This document shows, piece by piece, positions 50,880 through 64,000 of a DNA stretch of 64,000 nt; the stretch's first letter is position 1; each line of letters opens with the position of its first letter. The translations under genes were made by a program, and so were the position numbers. The notes beneath the pieces are model-generated. The model saw only the letters and a program-made list of their open reading frames with translations, did not search any database and was not told the origin of the DNA. Location: the NCBI GenBank assembly GCA_965153455.1, contig OZ234494.1, positions 4,898,001 to 4,962,000 on the forward strand, read 5' to 3'. This stretch comes from Sphagnum compactum (Eukaryota).

Positions 50880-53800
50880 GAAACTTGTATGTGGTTTTTC
50901 ATAATTGTTTTCTCATTGGGAATAATTTGTCGCAAAATGGTTTAAGCAAAGGGAACATCAAAATGCTCGAGATTAAATAGTTGTTGAGAACATGTATTAA
51001 TTTTTCTCAAGATCAATTAACTATTTCACTTGATAAAACTAACTAATTACTTAAGAAACATTGTGGGTATGGTTGGACATTGAAAGGATTTTTACTAACA
51101 CAAGAAATCAGCCTAAAAATGATGATTGGAATTGTTTTTTGACCAATTTAAAGCACTTTCATTAAGTATTCAAGAAATTATTTGAAGGAAGCTTCATGGT
51201 AGTATAACAATGTGGAATCTCAAACATCACATTTTTGACTATTGATGTATCCCAATTGACAAATGCAAAGAAATGGCTGATGGTACTTGTATGTTTTTTT
51301 ATTTTTGCTAGAATTGATCAAATATTAACAACTTCCCATTTCATTTGTATGAGTTATTGGATTGAATAATGGGAGCATATAGATTAGAAAAATATAGTTC
51401 AACAATAGCACCATTGGGAATATTGGTTGTTAATTTTTGCAAATAGTTCACATATCATGAACAATTTGAAATATCATAGATTATATGTCACAAAATGTTC
51501 AATGGTGATACAAATGTAGAAAATTTAAAAGAAATTATAACATTGGAACCAGTTAAAGAATTGTTCAAACAACGTTGCCATTATGGTTGGGCATGGGCTA
51601 ATTTCATACATACCTTGAGAAATAAATCAAACAAAGATTAGTGGAGTTGCCTTGTAGATCAATTCCATGAATTATGAAAAGTTCTACAATAATTGATTCT
51701 ATTAAACTTCATAGTGGAATTTTGGTGTGGAGATTAGAAAAGGCCATTATAATAATCTATATTGAGGAATGAAAAAACGTAGAAAATGGTTGCCAATTCT
51801 TTGTGTCTATTACCATTCAATAAGATTATCAATATTGTTATTAGATCAAACCATTATGTTCCTTAGGATGGATATTAATTTCTTGGATTAAACATTAATA
51901 AACTCCTATTAAAACATATGCCTTGTGACTTGGTATGTTATTGAGATAAACATAAATATTTGTAAAGGTATAATATTCATGGAAATAAAATTTACTATCC
52001 GCATGATGAATATTTGAAAAATGAACTATTATAGTTAACCTTAAAGACAAAAGGAAAGGGGTAGATGCAAGTTACAACTCACTTTTGTGTCCTTATCATA
52101 TCATGGACTTTTTTGCAAAGTGCATTCTATTCAAATGCCACAAACACATTATAAAATCATCAATTTGAAAAAATATTCATGAATAAAGATTGTCAATTTG
52201 AATAAAAATATTTATCAAGGGTGATATTCCATAAACATACACCAATAATATAGTAATGGATTTTTAAAGTGGACATATGGATTATAATCTGGGTTTTGCA
52301 TTAGCATTCAAATGCATTTTTTGTTATGATTTCATTTTAATATTATTTATAGGGATTTAATATATGATACATGATGGAAAAAGAAAAATGGATTGAAAAA
52401 AATTATAACAAAAACTTTAACTAACAAATAATTATGGACTTTTGAATGATTAGATTTGGACCTTATTTTCAAAAGTCCCAATGTTGGTCATTTTTTTGTT
52501 GGACTGATATTTTTTCCCCTACCATGTATAATAAAAAGTTTTCTAGATGGGCAACTTTTCATGTGGACTTTATTAATTGATTAATCACCACATAGGGCCC
52601 ACTCAACATTGATTTTTAATGTTTTTTTTGCCATTCTAGTGTTAATTTTTCCATTTAGATGGATTTTCGGGACTCTTATTGCTTTTGAGCCACCATAGTT
52701 TGCATCTATCCAAAGAATGGAAATGTAAGTAAGGGTGGAAGTAAGAAGTTGATTGAAGGTTTCATTTATTCTATTTATTTTATATCATACATCCTTGTGG
52801 ATTTATTGATCAATTACCAATGTATAAATCAAAAAAGAACAATGGGAATATCAACAAAATGTTTGTGTTAAGGGCTGAACATTCAATTTTTCAAAAATAT
52901 AAACAAGAAGTAACCAAATCCATTTAGTTTAACAACTATTATGATAATGTATATCAAGGACGGTATGAAAATTAGTAGAGTATGTTAGTGGTAAGAAGGG
53001 AAAATGAATGGTTGAAAGAAATCATAACTATTGAAAAAATAAATAAAAACTAAAATAAAGTAATTAGTATGGATGGACAATCGTTACATATTTACATACA
53101 CTAGAGAGATTCATTAGTTAGAGAAGGATGGATAGAATAATCTTGTTGAAAAATTCAAAAAATTGCCAATGAATGTACAAGAACTAATTTTGAAAAAATT
53201 ACATGGGGGCACCCAAGTGTGGCACCCAAGTGTGGTGTACACAACATATAACTTTAATGATTAATACAAACCAAATATAAATGGTGGCCACTATTGATAA
53301 CGTGTGTACTTATTTTAATGTCAATTAGAAAAAATGTTTGTTACACACCATAAAATAATTCTTATTGACATATGAAAGCTTTGTAAACCAAATATTAATG
53401 CTTTATTGAAAAATGAATTCCCTATGATGTGTTATGGGCACCCAAAATTGCCAGTGAAGCCAAAGTAGTGAAAAATAAAAGGTAATAAAAAAATCACCTT
53501 TCAATTTGTCCATTGTAGATATTAGCATTAATTTTATTGAATTCATATGAATAAGGTAGAAGGTTATTAATTGAACATAAAGGTTAATCAAGATAATAAA
53601 AAAAGTCCTCTTGAAAGCCTATGTTGGATAAAGATAAGGTTCCCGAGGAGGTGAATGTTTAGAAATACTTGAGGAATCAAAATGAATAATGATATAAAAA
53701 ACATAGAATTATTTGTCAAAAATCCAAAATATTATCATAAGTGGGGAGGATTAGGATTAATGAGTAAAGAATTTAAATACAACTAGTTGGAACCATTATT

Positions 53801-54120
53801 GGAAAAGACAATAATATTGGTAGTGCAAACAACAATTGAAGAAATAGATCAAATGGTGTTCCCCTCTTTGAAGGCAAGGATGAGCAATTACATTTTTTTG
53901 GTCCTTGAAAATTGATGATTAAAGGGATAATGTATACCAAATTGAATAGTGATGTGCAAATTAATTACATTTGTCTAAGTGTGTGGGGAATACCTATCTT
54001 GCTATGCGATCATTGCCAATGAAGTTGGCACATGGGGTGTTTGACACATTAGCGCGGGACATTCCCAAAGCTAACATTAGTTTGTCCATGTCTCAAGGAG
54101 AAGACATGGATTGGTAGATA
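50880..54120 (+). pseudogene. Fossil ORF with three copies of an unrecognised ~65-aa domain and a C-terminal PHD finger; probably transposon-borne
   Basis: Repeats at ~51010-51200, ~51520-51715 and ~53005-53210 (consensus LKEIITLE....LF...C.YGW....F.HTL......W..LVDQF..L....QELIL.KLHG). PHD relic at 53965-54095: YIC...ILLCDHCQ*SWHMGCL.../DIPK../CPC. Many stops and frameshifts. Confidence 0.6.
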
Positions 54121-56649
54121 GTTCCACCACCTATAATTGGAATTGATTATGTGCTTAACCAATCATGTGAAGGATCCACCTAAGGAGTTTGATGCCATCC
54201 AAAAACTTAAAGGTAGAGGTCATTAAAATTGGGCTTTAAATGTACCTAGTTTGCAAACTTCATAATGAATTCACTATATAAATTTACAAAAGTGTGTAAC
54301 ATAAGTAAATAGAAGCCGTTCTTGAATTTGTGAATTATCTAGGCCACTCGTAGTTTTCAGTGCTAGTCAATTTGCAAGGATGTGATATGCAATTGAAGTG
54401 ACAATGGCATGTCAATAACAATTGTTTCAATGCACTATGCAATTTGGTTCACAAGGTTGTGTCTTTTATGGTTGTATGGCAAGTTTTGATATGTGATGTA
54501 GATTGATATGGCGATCAAACATGTTCGAAATTGGCAAACTACAAAGTCTCCCACACCTTATTTGGTAATATAGAAATATCTGGAGCTCTTGTTCAATTAC
54601 ATCTTACAATTTAGAGCTTGCAAGTTCGGAATATGATAATAATTAGAAGCATTGTTCCAATACAATTGTATGCTTGTTTTCTAGAGACACTGTAGCCTAT
54701 CTCCTACTTCTTCACAAGTGTTGCCAATTTGGGTTGGCAAATTGCAATTTGTCATTCATCTTGTTCTTTGGCAATATGGCTCTGGATTATCCAATGTTGG
54801 GTCCATGAGTCACTACTAGGGCTGCATAAAGCACCCTGCACAGAACACTCACCTAACTTCAAAGGAGTGGGTCAGTCATCTCATTCTCATCTGTCAAGAA
54901 ACAGCACTCAAATCTCTGGGGGAAAGTAATGCCCAAAATATGTAGCACACTGAAGCCAACATCATATTAAGGCTTGAGAGATTGCCCTTTTCCAATAGCA
55001 ACCATGTTTTGTTTGGAAGGCCCACCCATTGCCCAAATGTGAAACGCATAGTGCTACACAGAGTGCAAGTGATCTGCTTTGCCCTCATCATCAGGTTTCC
55101 CTAGCCCTTTCGATACAAACTACTTGTTTAGTTAGTACAGCTTCTCCTTTCTGAAAGGACGATCTTCCCCAACTCTAGGAAAGATACTACTATACAATGC
55201 TTATAGGCTGCCATCAATTGCCTACTTTGGAAACTGGTTCAGTAATATAGGATACCCAAAGATTTGATTTGATTTGATTTTTTCTTAGAGCAACGGTAAG
55301 GATGCCCCTACTTTAAAAGAAAAAAAGATACATAAAATAAGAGTATAGATGGAAGAAAAACTATCTAAGAGTTTAAGGGCCCTAAAATCTTTTAGGAAAG
55401 TTGTCTTTGAGTGGTTTCTCTTAGTGTATTTGTGTGATGGGATAGAGGATGGTGGCACTGACAAATCAGATTAGTTTGCTGTTAAGCTCGGGTGATCTCC
55501 AGGTGTTGGAAACATGGGTACCTTGAGATCTCCCTTAAGTTGTTAGTTCACACTTTCTCCAAAGACTTAGGAGAAAGGATCAGTTTGTTGAGTAATATAT
55601 GAAGCTAGGAAAGGGAAATCGACAAAGAAAAGTTCAATGATTTGAAATAGAACATGTATGGAGTGACTGAAACAGTTTTGTGGTCAGTACCAACCCTGAA
55701 TTCCTTCCTTTTGAGTGCCTGCAAACCATTCTGCCACATTTAGCATAGGATAGAGTACCTGGTCTCCTTCCAGACTCTTCTTTCCTGTCATCTGGTGCCA
55801 GTAACTTATCCCCAGCATTTTTGCCTGGTCTAGATACATACTGCATGCAGTTGTTCTCCAAGTTCTTATTATGTCTGCATCAACTTAAGTGTTTGAATGA
55901 TTCGATTGTTTAACCCCCTTGTGATTGAATCCAGATTAGTCCAGTGGGTGCCTCGGATTCTCAGCAGGGTGATAATAAAGTCTTACAGCAGTGAGTGGAA
56001 ATCAAACTTTTCCCACAAAAATTCTTTATTCATTTGAGTACTGCTAGCTGTTCCTAGGGGACCTCTATTCCATGTTTCTGGACAAATGAAAATTGAATCA
56101 AAAGAAGGCAAACAAGGGATTGGGATTTGGAATTCCTGTCTGTGTGACTCTACTAATCTGTTGCTTTAATCGTTTGCAGGTTTTTCAGCTTGGTTCACAC
56201 GTTCACACACACCTAGTTCTTCAACGAGAAACCTAGGTGTTAAAACGTTCAGCCCTACTTGCACCTTCCCTACAGCTTTATTAGCTCTATCAGGTAAGAA
56301 AGAAAGTGCAAGAAGAATGGGGGTACATACTACAGGCTGCTTTGCCAGTACTGCAGCAGCACACTTGGCTACCATGAGCGGATCCAGTGACAGAAACACG
56401 CATTATTGCCTGGCGTCACATACTTTTACACATACCTCCAAGCATTGTACCGCATCAGATCTGTCCTGGCCATATAATCAATAGTACCCAGCCCATGTGA
56501 TATGACCAGGATGCCCAATGAAGCAGGACTGTATTTCGAGAAAACTGCAGGCGAGAGTGTGAGGGGAAATTTCATTCATAACAACGTTTTCATATTGACA
56601 AAAGCAATCTCATGACATTTGCAACAGCTGATGAAATACAGCAATGACG

Positions 56650-56930
56650 AGTTTTATTTGATTTTTGGCAAATTTTCGCCACTTGTCGACCCCTCAAAAA
56701 AAAAAACCCAATGCGAATCATACATAGGAAGGATTTTTGTGAAAAGAATTCGAGAATTTTGCCAGATTTCGAGGGAAAAGAAATTATGAAATGGCCCTAT
56801 TTAAACAATAAGTTGCAGCAGGCCCAAAGCTTCTTTACTCTCTGACCTGTAGACAAATTTGGATAATTCCTCTTGTGGACGATCACCAGAGTAGGCTACA
56901 TAACAAAATTGAAGAAAAAGAGAAGATGCA
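56650..56930 (-). mobile_element. Short dispersed repeat (MITE-like family, copy 3)
   Basis: Reverse complement contains ctggtgatcgtccacaagaggaattatccaaatttgtctacagg, homologous to copies 1 and 2. Confidence 0.55.
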
Positions 56931-59148
56931 TCCAGAACTATTGCCTGATTTGTACACTTGGTAAAATATGAGCATTTGGCTTCCCCCAGGGTGGTGGGTA
57001 CATTGTGTTTTTGCCTCTCTGTGCAATGGATGTTGTCCGTTTGTGTCAATTATTAAAAAGAATTAAAATGGACCATTTGGTAAGTTAGGCCAAGGACAAA
57101 CTCTAAACAGTTGCCATACTTTGGTGCGAGGCTCAGTGCCATTGAGGAGAATGTGCATTCTAGCTATAAGAAACGATTTTATGAACTTTTTTGAATTTGT
57201 TTTGTTGCCTGAAATTGAATGCCTTTCAATGAAGGACATGTGATGCACTAATATTTAGATTGATCTCTTGATTGGAAAGATTGAGGTTCAAAAGAACCTC
57301 CATCTTTCCATTCAAAGGAATTCAATCATTTTTACAATAACCAACCAGTTGCCAACTTTGCCAACTTGTGTAAAATAGCCCCTCAAAACTTTAAGCCCTC
57401 AAAACTTTAAGGGAGTTGAAAAATGGATGAGAATAGAACTAGTTGGAAAAGTTGAGAAAGTTGAAAAATGAATTAAAGTTGAAAAAGTTGAACCAAATGA
57501 AACTTGAGAAGTTGGGAAAATTGAACCATCCCATTGAAAAGCTCTTTCACAACTGTTTTCATTTTCATCCATTTATTAAATTGTTTCATGTTCAACTTTC
57601 TTAGATTCTCGGTTGTCTAATTATCTCATATTAAATTCCCTTGGTTCATTTCTTCATAATGCTTGGGAACTAATGTGCTTTATTCCAAGGAAAAAGGGGA
57701 GAAAACAAAGAAAGAAGTAACAAGAGGAGGAGGCAGAATAAGACATGGTTCATAGTCTTAGTGGTTCATAGTCTTAGTGGACAAGTGAAGAAGACTGCCC
57801 ATGAAAAGCGGAATATTAATTGTATTAGTTGAGCTATGACCCAAGCAAATCAACCTGGGCCCAAACATGAAAGGATGATGACCATTGGATGTCCCATAAA
57901 AAAGAATGCTACAAAACATGTGCGAGTGCAAACTTTTTGAAATGAAATCTTAAAACGATACAATTTGTTTGCCAATGAAGTGTTTGAAGGAGAGAAGACA
58001 CATGCAGGCCACTTTTAGTTTTGTCATATTTAACCCCCTCATCCCCTACCCTCCCTAAATTCCTTCCCCATAAAATAATTGTTCAAATGGGTTTGCCTGG
58101 ACCATGCTATGTATGAGTACGAGCAAGAGTAGTAACGAGGCTCCTACACACCTGCTTATTTGCAGCTCAGGGTCAGGTTTCCAGGGGTCTAATGCAGCAA
58201 ATATTACTTCCCTCCACAACATGAACCCGAACACTGATTGTTCATTTAATCAAAGCTACTGGGAAAATGTAGTGAAAATGTAGTCAAAAGCAGCTGTTAC
58301 AGAACTTGGGACGAACGCACCGAATGTAAAAACTTTTGTTTTCCATACAGCTTGTGGAGATTAACTTTCCCAAGATCAGCCTCGGCTACGGCATCTTTTA
58401 CATGTCCTTTTTTTCCCGTTGAAAATTAGACACCTGCTGTTGTCATCATGAGGGAGAGCGGCTCGTAGCTGAACTGACATCTCGTCTTAACAACAATTTT
58501 GCAGGCGTTGGAGTACGGACTTGGGGGACGATAGCAATCTTCATGTTCCTCGGGCAACGCTAAAGCTCTCCTTCACTAGGGGTCTCTTTCCATTAGGTTG
58601 TTGTGATCACAGTTACACAGAGAATGGGTTTCTGGTCGGCGTACAGCCGTGGACAAGTGATATCTGTGTCTTTGATGGTCTCCTGCGATATTCATAACGA
58701 CAGCTATTTGGAATATGGATCTGCAGAAGTAGAGGGTCCTTTGCTTCCACTGATGATTGTATAATCGGTATTTTCGGATATAAGCTTCTCCTTCGTCCCT
58801 TTCATCGGGCAGGTCGCGCAGGTTTCCGAGTCAGGAAGCTGCGTTTGTCAGCTAGACTGGATGTCTGGATGGGCGCTTAACCGCCAGGAACGTGTGTATG
58901 TATGTTAACCAGAGTTTTGCAACGCTTCATTTTTGAAAGGGCTGGTGAGAGAACTGGAGATAATGCCTGGGTGGGAAGTACAACGGGAGAAAAATGTCAG
59001 TAATATGTGACAGAGGTTTTCTTTCTAGCTGGGAACTTGAAATCAATTCCAAATAGGCAGCAGCAAATGGGAAAAGAGTGGCACGGGAGGAAGGCTTGAG
59101 TGTCGTGGAATTAGAGAAACAGACATCGAGTTCTTCGCGACGAGGAGA

Positions 59149-60726
59149 ATGGGAGAACAGAATTGGAGTTTTCGTGACTTGACTGGAATTAAACCTCGGA
59201 GGCCTGAAGGTGAGGGAGAATGCGTGGACGACTGGGATCAGATGCCTCTGAACTTGATGTGGCCGCAACTCGGAAATAGTGGTGGTGTTCGCAAGCATTT
59301 GCAGCGGGAACGTCAATTTGGCGATGGCAGCAATATGCCCATGAAGGTGGATAGCATGATGACGGATCAGAGGCAGCCTTCCGATGGCCTCAAAGAGTTT
59401 GAGTTCAACATGTCAGCTACTCCCTCAGAGCGGGCACGTCCTGTGGTAATGTCTTCAGCTGATGAACTCTTCTTCAAAGGGCAGCTTCTGCCTCTTCATC
59501 TACCTCCTCGCCTACGAATGGTTCAGAAACTTGCGTCCGAGAAGCAGCACCTGGTAAGCGACAGCAACCATCCTCTGGTGCAAACACCTCAGCCTAGAGT
59601 TCGACGTCTCGGCTTCTTACCGAAGTATTCCAAGTTCTGGATACACAACCCTGACCTGCTATCCTCCTCCTCGGATGGTACCGCACCCGACTGTGGAATC
59701 GCAAGGTTTCGAGGTCACAGTTGGTCGGATCCCGAAGAAAGGGACTCTTCGACGGACAGTTGCAGAGATTCGACTTCCGGAAGAGATAGCAGCAGCTCCC
59801 GGGATTCAAGTGGTAGCTCGCAGGATTCTAGCTTCCCCGACAGCAGCTGTAAGGACTTTCAGATGCTGACATCTACCGATCTCAAAGGCAGCTCTCTGCA
59901 CAATCGGGAGGTTTTCGGTACGCACATGAGATCTCCAGCTGAACGGTCTGTAATCTCCAGTTGGCTCAGGCCCGCCTTCAAGTGGAAGTCCTTGTTCGGA
60001 GCCAAGAAGATTGCGACGAGGTCAGGTGCAGCTTTGGTTGATCAAAAACCTGGGCAGCGTCAGTCTGTTAGCCACATTTCTGAGGAGAGCACTTCGTACA
60101 GCATGCTTGATGCTAAATGCAGTGATGCACTGTGCGGCAAATACTTTGGTAACTACAGTGGAGACCTATCGTTGCAGAGTGGAAACATGGAAATGTCTTC
60201 AAGAGGTAGCAGCTTTGAGCGTGCTAGTATTGCCAGTAGTGATGCAGACAAAGACAACGGAGGCATGGTGAAGGCGCGCGAGTATTTGCAGAAGTACATG
60301 AAAATCTTGAAGCCACTTCATTTGAAGAAGTACGACCAGCATGACCTTGATCAGGAATCATGTCGAACAGGGAGCTTTAGTCTCCCATCGTCATCTTTGG
60401 CCCACGAAAGTCGAAGACAGTCTCGGAGTATCTCGGGCAACAGAAGCTTCTCATCCTTCTCTCAGAGCTTGAGATTCGCTTCCACGAGTGTAAGCCCTCG
60501 GTTGCAACCTGCTGCTCTCGGCACACCATGCGCTGCGCGGGGCGGTGGCGGCTGTCAATTAAGCAATGGTTCCATATCCGAGCTGCATAGTGCAATTCAA
60601 GGTGCCATCGCCCACTGTAAAGAGTCGCAATCAGCCGCCAAGAACGAGCATGCTGCATACAGATCCCAACAATTCGCGTCATCCATGGCAGTTCGAAGAA
60701 GAGCAGAGTCCAATCTTTACACGTAG
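59149..60726 (+). CDS. MAKR: BKI1/MAKR-family membrane-associated kinase regulator, 525 aa (start codon uncertain)
   Basis: Conserved N-proximal motif EFEF...SSADELFFKGQLLPLHLPPRLRMVQKL, a Ser-rich middle, basic patches (FKWKSLFGAKK, YLQKYMKILKPL) and the C-terminal SISELHSAIQGAIAHCKES motif. Confidence 0.9.
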   Translation: MGEQNWSFRDLTGIKPRRPEGEGECVDDWDQMPLNLMWPQLGNSGGVRKHLQRERQFGDGSNMPMKVDSMMTDQRQPSDGLKEFEFNMSATPSERARPVVMSSADELFFKGQLLPLHLPPRLRMVQKLASEKQHLVSDSNHPLVQTPQPRVRRLGFLPKYSKFWIHNPDLLSSSSDGTAPDCGIARFRGHSWSDPEERDSSTDSCRDSTSGRDSSSSRDSSGSSQDSSFPDSSCKDFQMLTSTDLKGSSLHNREVFGTHMRSPAERSVISSWLRPAFKWKSLFGAKKIATRSGAALVDQKPGQRQSVSHISEESTSYSMLDAKCSDALCGKYFGNYSGDLSLQSGNMEMSSRGSSFERASIASSDADKDNGGMVKAREYLQKYMKILKPLHLKKYDQHDLDQESCRTGSFSLPSSSLAHESRRQSRSISGNRSFSSFSQSLRFASTSVSPRLQPAALGTPCAARGGGGCQLSNGSISELHSAIQGAIAHCKESQSAAKNEHAAYRSQQFASSMAVRRRAESNLYT

Positions 60727-63700
60727 TCCAAATGCAGATTTCTGAAGATCTCAGAAGAAACACAGCTATATCGTGAGTCTCTTTCTTGCTTTCTTCATTC
60801 AAACTTCACTCCAGGGTATAAGACCACAAGCTAACGGATTACAACAAAATTAGTCTTGGGAGACAATGATGTCTCTCCCAGCTCCTTGTGCCTTTCCTGT
60901 ACATCTCTTTCTCTTCAACAACAGCAGTCTATGGCTTGATTGACAACTTCCAGAGGAAACCTGCAATTGGAGATGAGATAATTCCAGTCTTACAGTCTCA
61001 TGCTAGACTGGCTTGATGGAAAGCTTCACTCATAGGAGCTCTGATGAGTTCTACTGTCTCTTTGACATGATTTAATTGGGGCTTGAAAAAAGTTTTGTGC
61101 AATAGCTTGAGCAGAGTACTGTGATCATCTTCAGATGTGATCCAAATAGAGAGTAGAGAATCCGGGTGCAATGTGGGTGGACAGACATTATCATGCACCT
61201 TGCTCATACTAGCCGGTGTCCATCAATCCACTTACAAACTTTGCAGATTCTCTTGCACATTTATATTATTCTTTGATGTTTTTTTGTTTCTGCAGTGAGA
61301 ATTCTCCTGTTCAGCAACTTTTGCAAATTGCCATTAAATTATATGCAGCAAGAAGAGTCTCTTGATCTCTGTTCCATAGTGCGAAGTTTTTTTTGCCCAA
61401 TTGTTGACTTCGATCATAATTTGAGTTCTCCAGAGGTTATTTTCATTGTGATGATGATATTTCTTCCACTTCTTTTTCTGCCTTTTGGAAGGGTTGAGTG
61501 CACACTCTTCTTGACCTTCAGAAAGGCATTGTTTTCTGTTGGGACTTCCTCTTTTAAAGAGGCAAGAATGGTATCCTCAAGACATACCATATTGAAACAA
61601 GCCTTCACAACTTTATTGGAAGAGCTACAACTTAAAAGACATTGAGTTGTATCCTTGCATTAGAAACATTCTTGAACATGACTTTTTAGCAAATTCAAGA
61701 ATTTCACCGTGTCCTTCCAAAGTCCCAAAAATGGAAATATTGATATGGAAATATTGATATGTGATTTTCGAAATACTAAATTTTCATTACTCTTGTCCCA
61801 TGGATTCGGATTCGTTGGTGAGGTAAGCAAATCATTTGTTGCAAATATGCATACCTGCATTATTCAGGAATAAATTACAACAAATGGAACATATGGTTAT
61901 CATTATACTAGCTACAGCGCTTCAATGCACCTTTCCTTTTAAGTTCCACAATTTGGCTGGGCCCAATAGAAATAAACAAGCAAAATATGTTCTTTTCATT
62001 GTAGCATTTTGGCTACACATGCAGGAAAAATAGGTAAAATATTGTGAAAATGTGCAAATTTCATGCTTTGGATCACTTATTTCATTAGGCTCTAAAACAT
62101 GAATGCCCAATAGGCTACACTATTTCTAACAGTCATAATGGGTGAACACAATGCCCAACCTCTCACCACCTATTTGAGTCCCCATGTATGCACATGGTTT
62201 TTTACTCTAGAATTTGTATGCCTATGTGGGTTGGCTATGGTTTATTTAACATCTGAAATGGCCAAGTGAATAGAACCCACCACCTTGATTTACAAGGCAA
62301 AAATGACTCTTAGCCAATTGGCTCCTGATAAATAAAATGAAATAACCCACCAAGTAAAATGTTCACTCTGCGGAAGCCATGTTCAACCTGTAGGTTTTCT
62401 TGAATGGAGGTTATCATTTTCCCACAACTTGCACTAGCTTCTACAATTGGCTCATGTGCTAAAATACCACTATTAGAGATCAAAGATCAAAAGGTGTAGT
62501 AGTTGCTATTCTGAGTCATATCTTCATATGCAAAGTGCCCAGAATATTAGTTGTAAGCTTTCTTAATGTCTTTGTTGGCTCTGCCCTTCAGGGTAGAGAC
62601 ATTGTGATGCACCCAGAAAGGGGCCAAAGTTTGGTATCCCCGCATTCTAGGGTCACTGTAAAAAAATTCAGACATAATTGAAACATCCACTTGGGTTTCA
62701 CCATGCTATGTTGAATGTTTATCATCTTTGTGGATGTCATTTAAAGGGCAGAGTCATTATGTGACCAGCTGTGTTTACTATGTACCAGGACCGCAGTATG
62801 GCACCTTCTGATCCATGTGGTATTTAGCATGAGAGTTTTTCACAGTGATGTGTAGCATCAATAAGAGTCTGCACCCATGAAATTCTTACAAGGGGTGTTG
62901 TGTGGAGGTTGTATGAGAAAGGTTTGCTGATGAACTACTTTTGAGGAGCAGTAAAATTGGCATGGGTTTTGTCCTGAAAGCAAGACATCCTTTTTGCAGG
63001 AAGATAAGTAACTTTTTTTCATGATGACTAATGTGAACATCCCTACACCCTGCTACAGAACCATGTGGGTGCTGCACAGGGTGCCACACTAACACCCACA
63101 AAGCTCATAGGGGGTGTTCAACATCCTCCAGGTATTGGCAGCTGAGTTTAAGTGAGGCCGATGTCTACACAGATGATCATGGGACCATAACAATCCAACT
63201 CACAAAACAAGAGGAACATTTTAAAATCTAGAATCATGCACAGGGTTGTCCTACTTTTCTCATGACAAGACCTGAGATTGTGACATCTCTCTAGATTGCA
63301 TTAAGCAGAATGCATCGTCTTCACCTTTACAAACCACTTCCAAGTGCTGAACAATTGCCATGAACTTGACTTATTTACCAATTGATATTTCCATCCAACA
63401 TATGGTCACCATCCATATAAGAACTATGTTTCAACCATCAGCAAGAAAAACTCTACCTTGAAAGCTAACACTTCCACTCAAAAAGTTCAACTCACAGATA
63501 GTTATTGGCAAATGAGAAGGTAGATAAATGAGCCTAGGTTGGTGCCCAATTCCTGAAATCAATAGTTCAATAACCAAACAAGCATATGGTATATTTACCC
63601 ACTTTTCACTTGATGGATTGAACCTGGATATGCTGAAAATGCTGACCAATCAGGAAACTAAAGAAAGGTTCAACAAAGAAAACATGAAATAACATACAAA

Positions 63701-64000
63701 CATCACCTCAAAGCATCATTACAACTCCTTACCCAATACAATGATCAATTCAAGGATACTGATGGTCAAGACTGATACCTCAAACCTTTGTTGGTCCACA
63801 CTTAAAATGTGTCATAGATTTTAATAGTCTCAACTTCCACTCAGTGTCCAAAATAACTCCATAGAGACATAAGATGAAAGAGGCACCAGACCTAAGTGCT
63901 AAAAATTGGCAGAGGCATGAAACCAAAACTCCAGGGAGGTTGCTCCATGGCCACGTTTTCAGTGGTACCACATCTGATAATGCTGTGGAACCTTGACTCT

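Noticed and set aside
61015-61095. Hammerhead ribozyme (CTGATGA with nearby GAAA)
   Set aside because: The required three-stem topology and cleavage triplet cannot be formed.
63780-64000. 3' end of a minus-strand gene entering from the window edge
   Set aside because: All three frames are short and motif-free; cannot be supported without adjacent sequence.

Overview
AT-rich eukaryotic nuclear DNA from a land plant. The spliceosomal introns, gene families and repeat types suggest a bryophyte, possibly Sphagnum-like; this is inference. Three intact-looking genes are supported: (1) a minus-strand, multi-exon ~1,400-aa golgin-like coiled-coil protein with an AT4G31570/TNO1-like N-terminus (10168-15532) whose downstream exons look decayed; (2) a 5-exon clade-E/EGR-type PP2C phosphatase with an N-terminal MGCC acylation motif and one GC-AG intron (38725-41276); (3) a single-coding-exon BKI1/MAKR-family membrane-associated kinase regulator (59149-60726). 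The rest is mostly transposon debris: a hAT/BED relic, a solo LTR with perfect TSD, a Tourist-like MITE, Helentron/HINE-like copies, a long fold-back repeat and minisatellites. The most unusual items are missed by the ORF track: a GC-rich, frameshift-free but stop-interrupted ~270-codon zinc-finger ORF resembling the 5' end of a CRE-clade site-specific retrotransposon (30254-31058); a 10-unit, 50-bp-period array with a conserved palindromic core (3070-3533); and a ~3.2-kb fossil ORF with three copies of an unrecognised ~65-aa 'YGW' domain followed by a PHD finger (50880-54120). No prokaryotic systems, rRNA or convincing tRNA were seen. All translations and alignments were done by eye.
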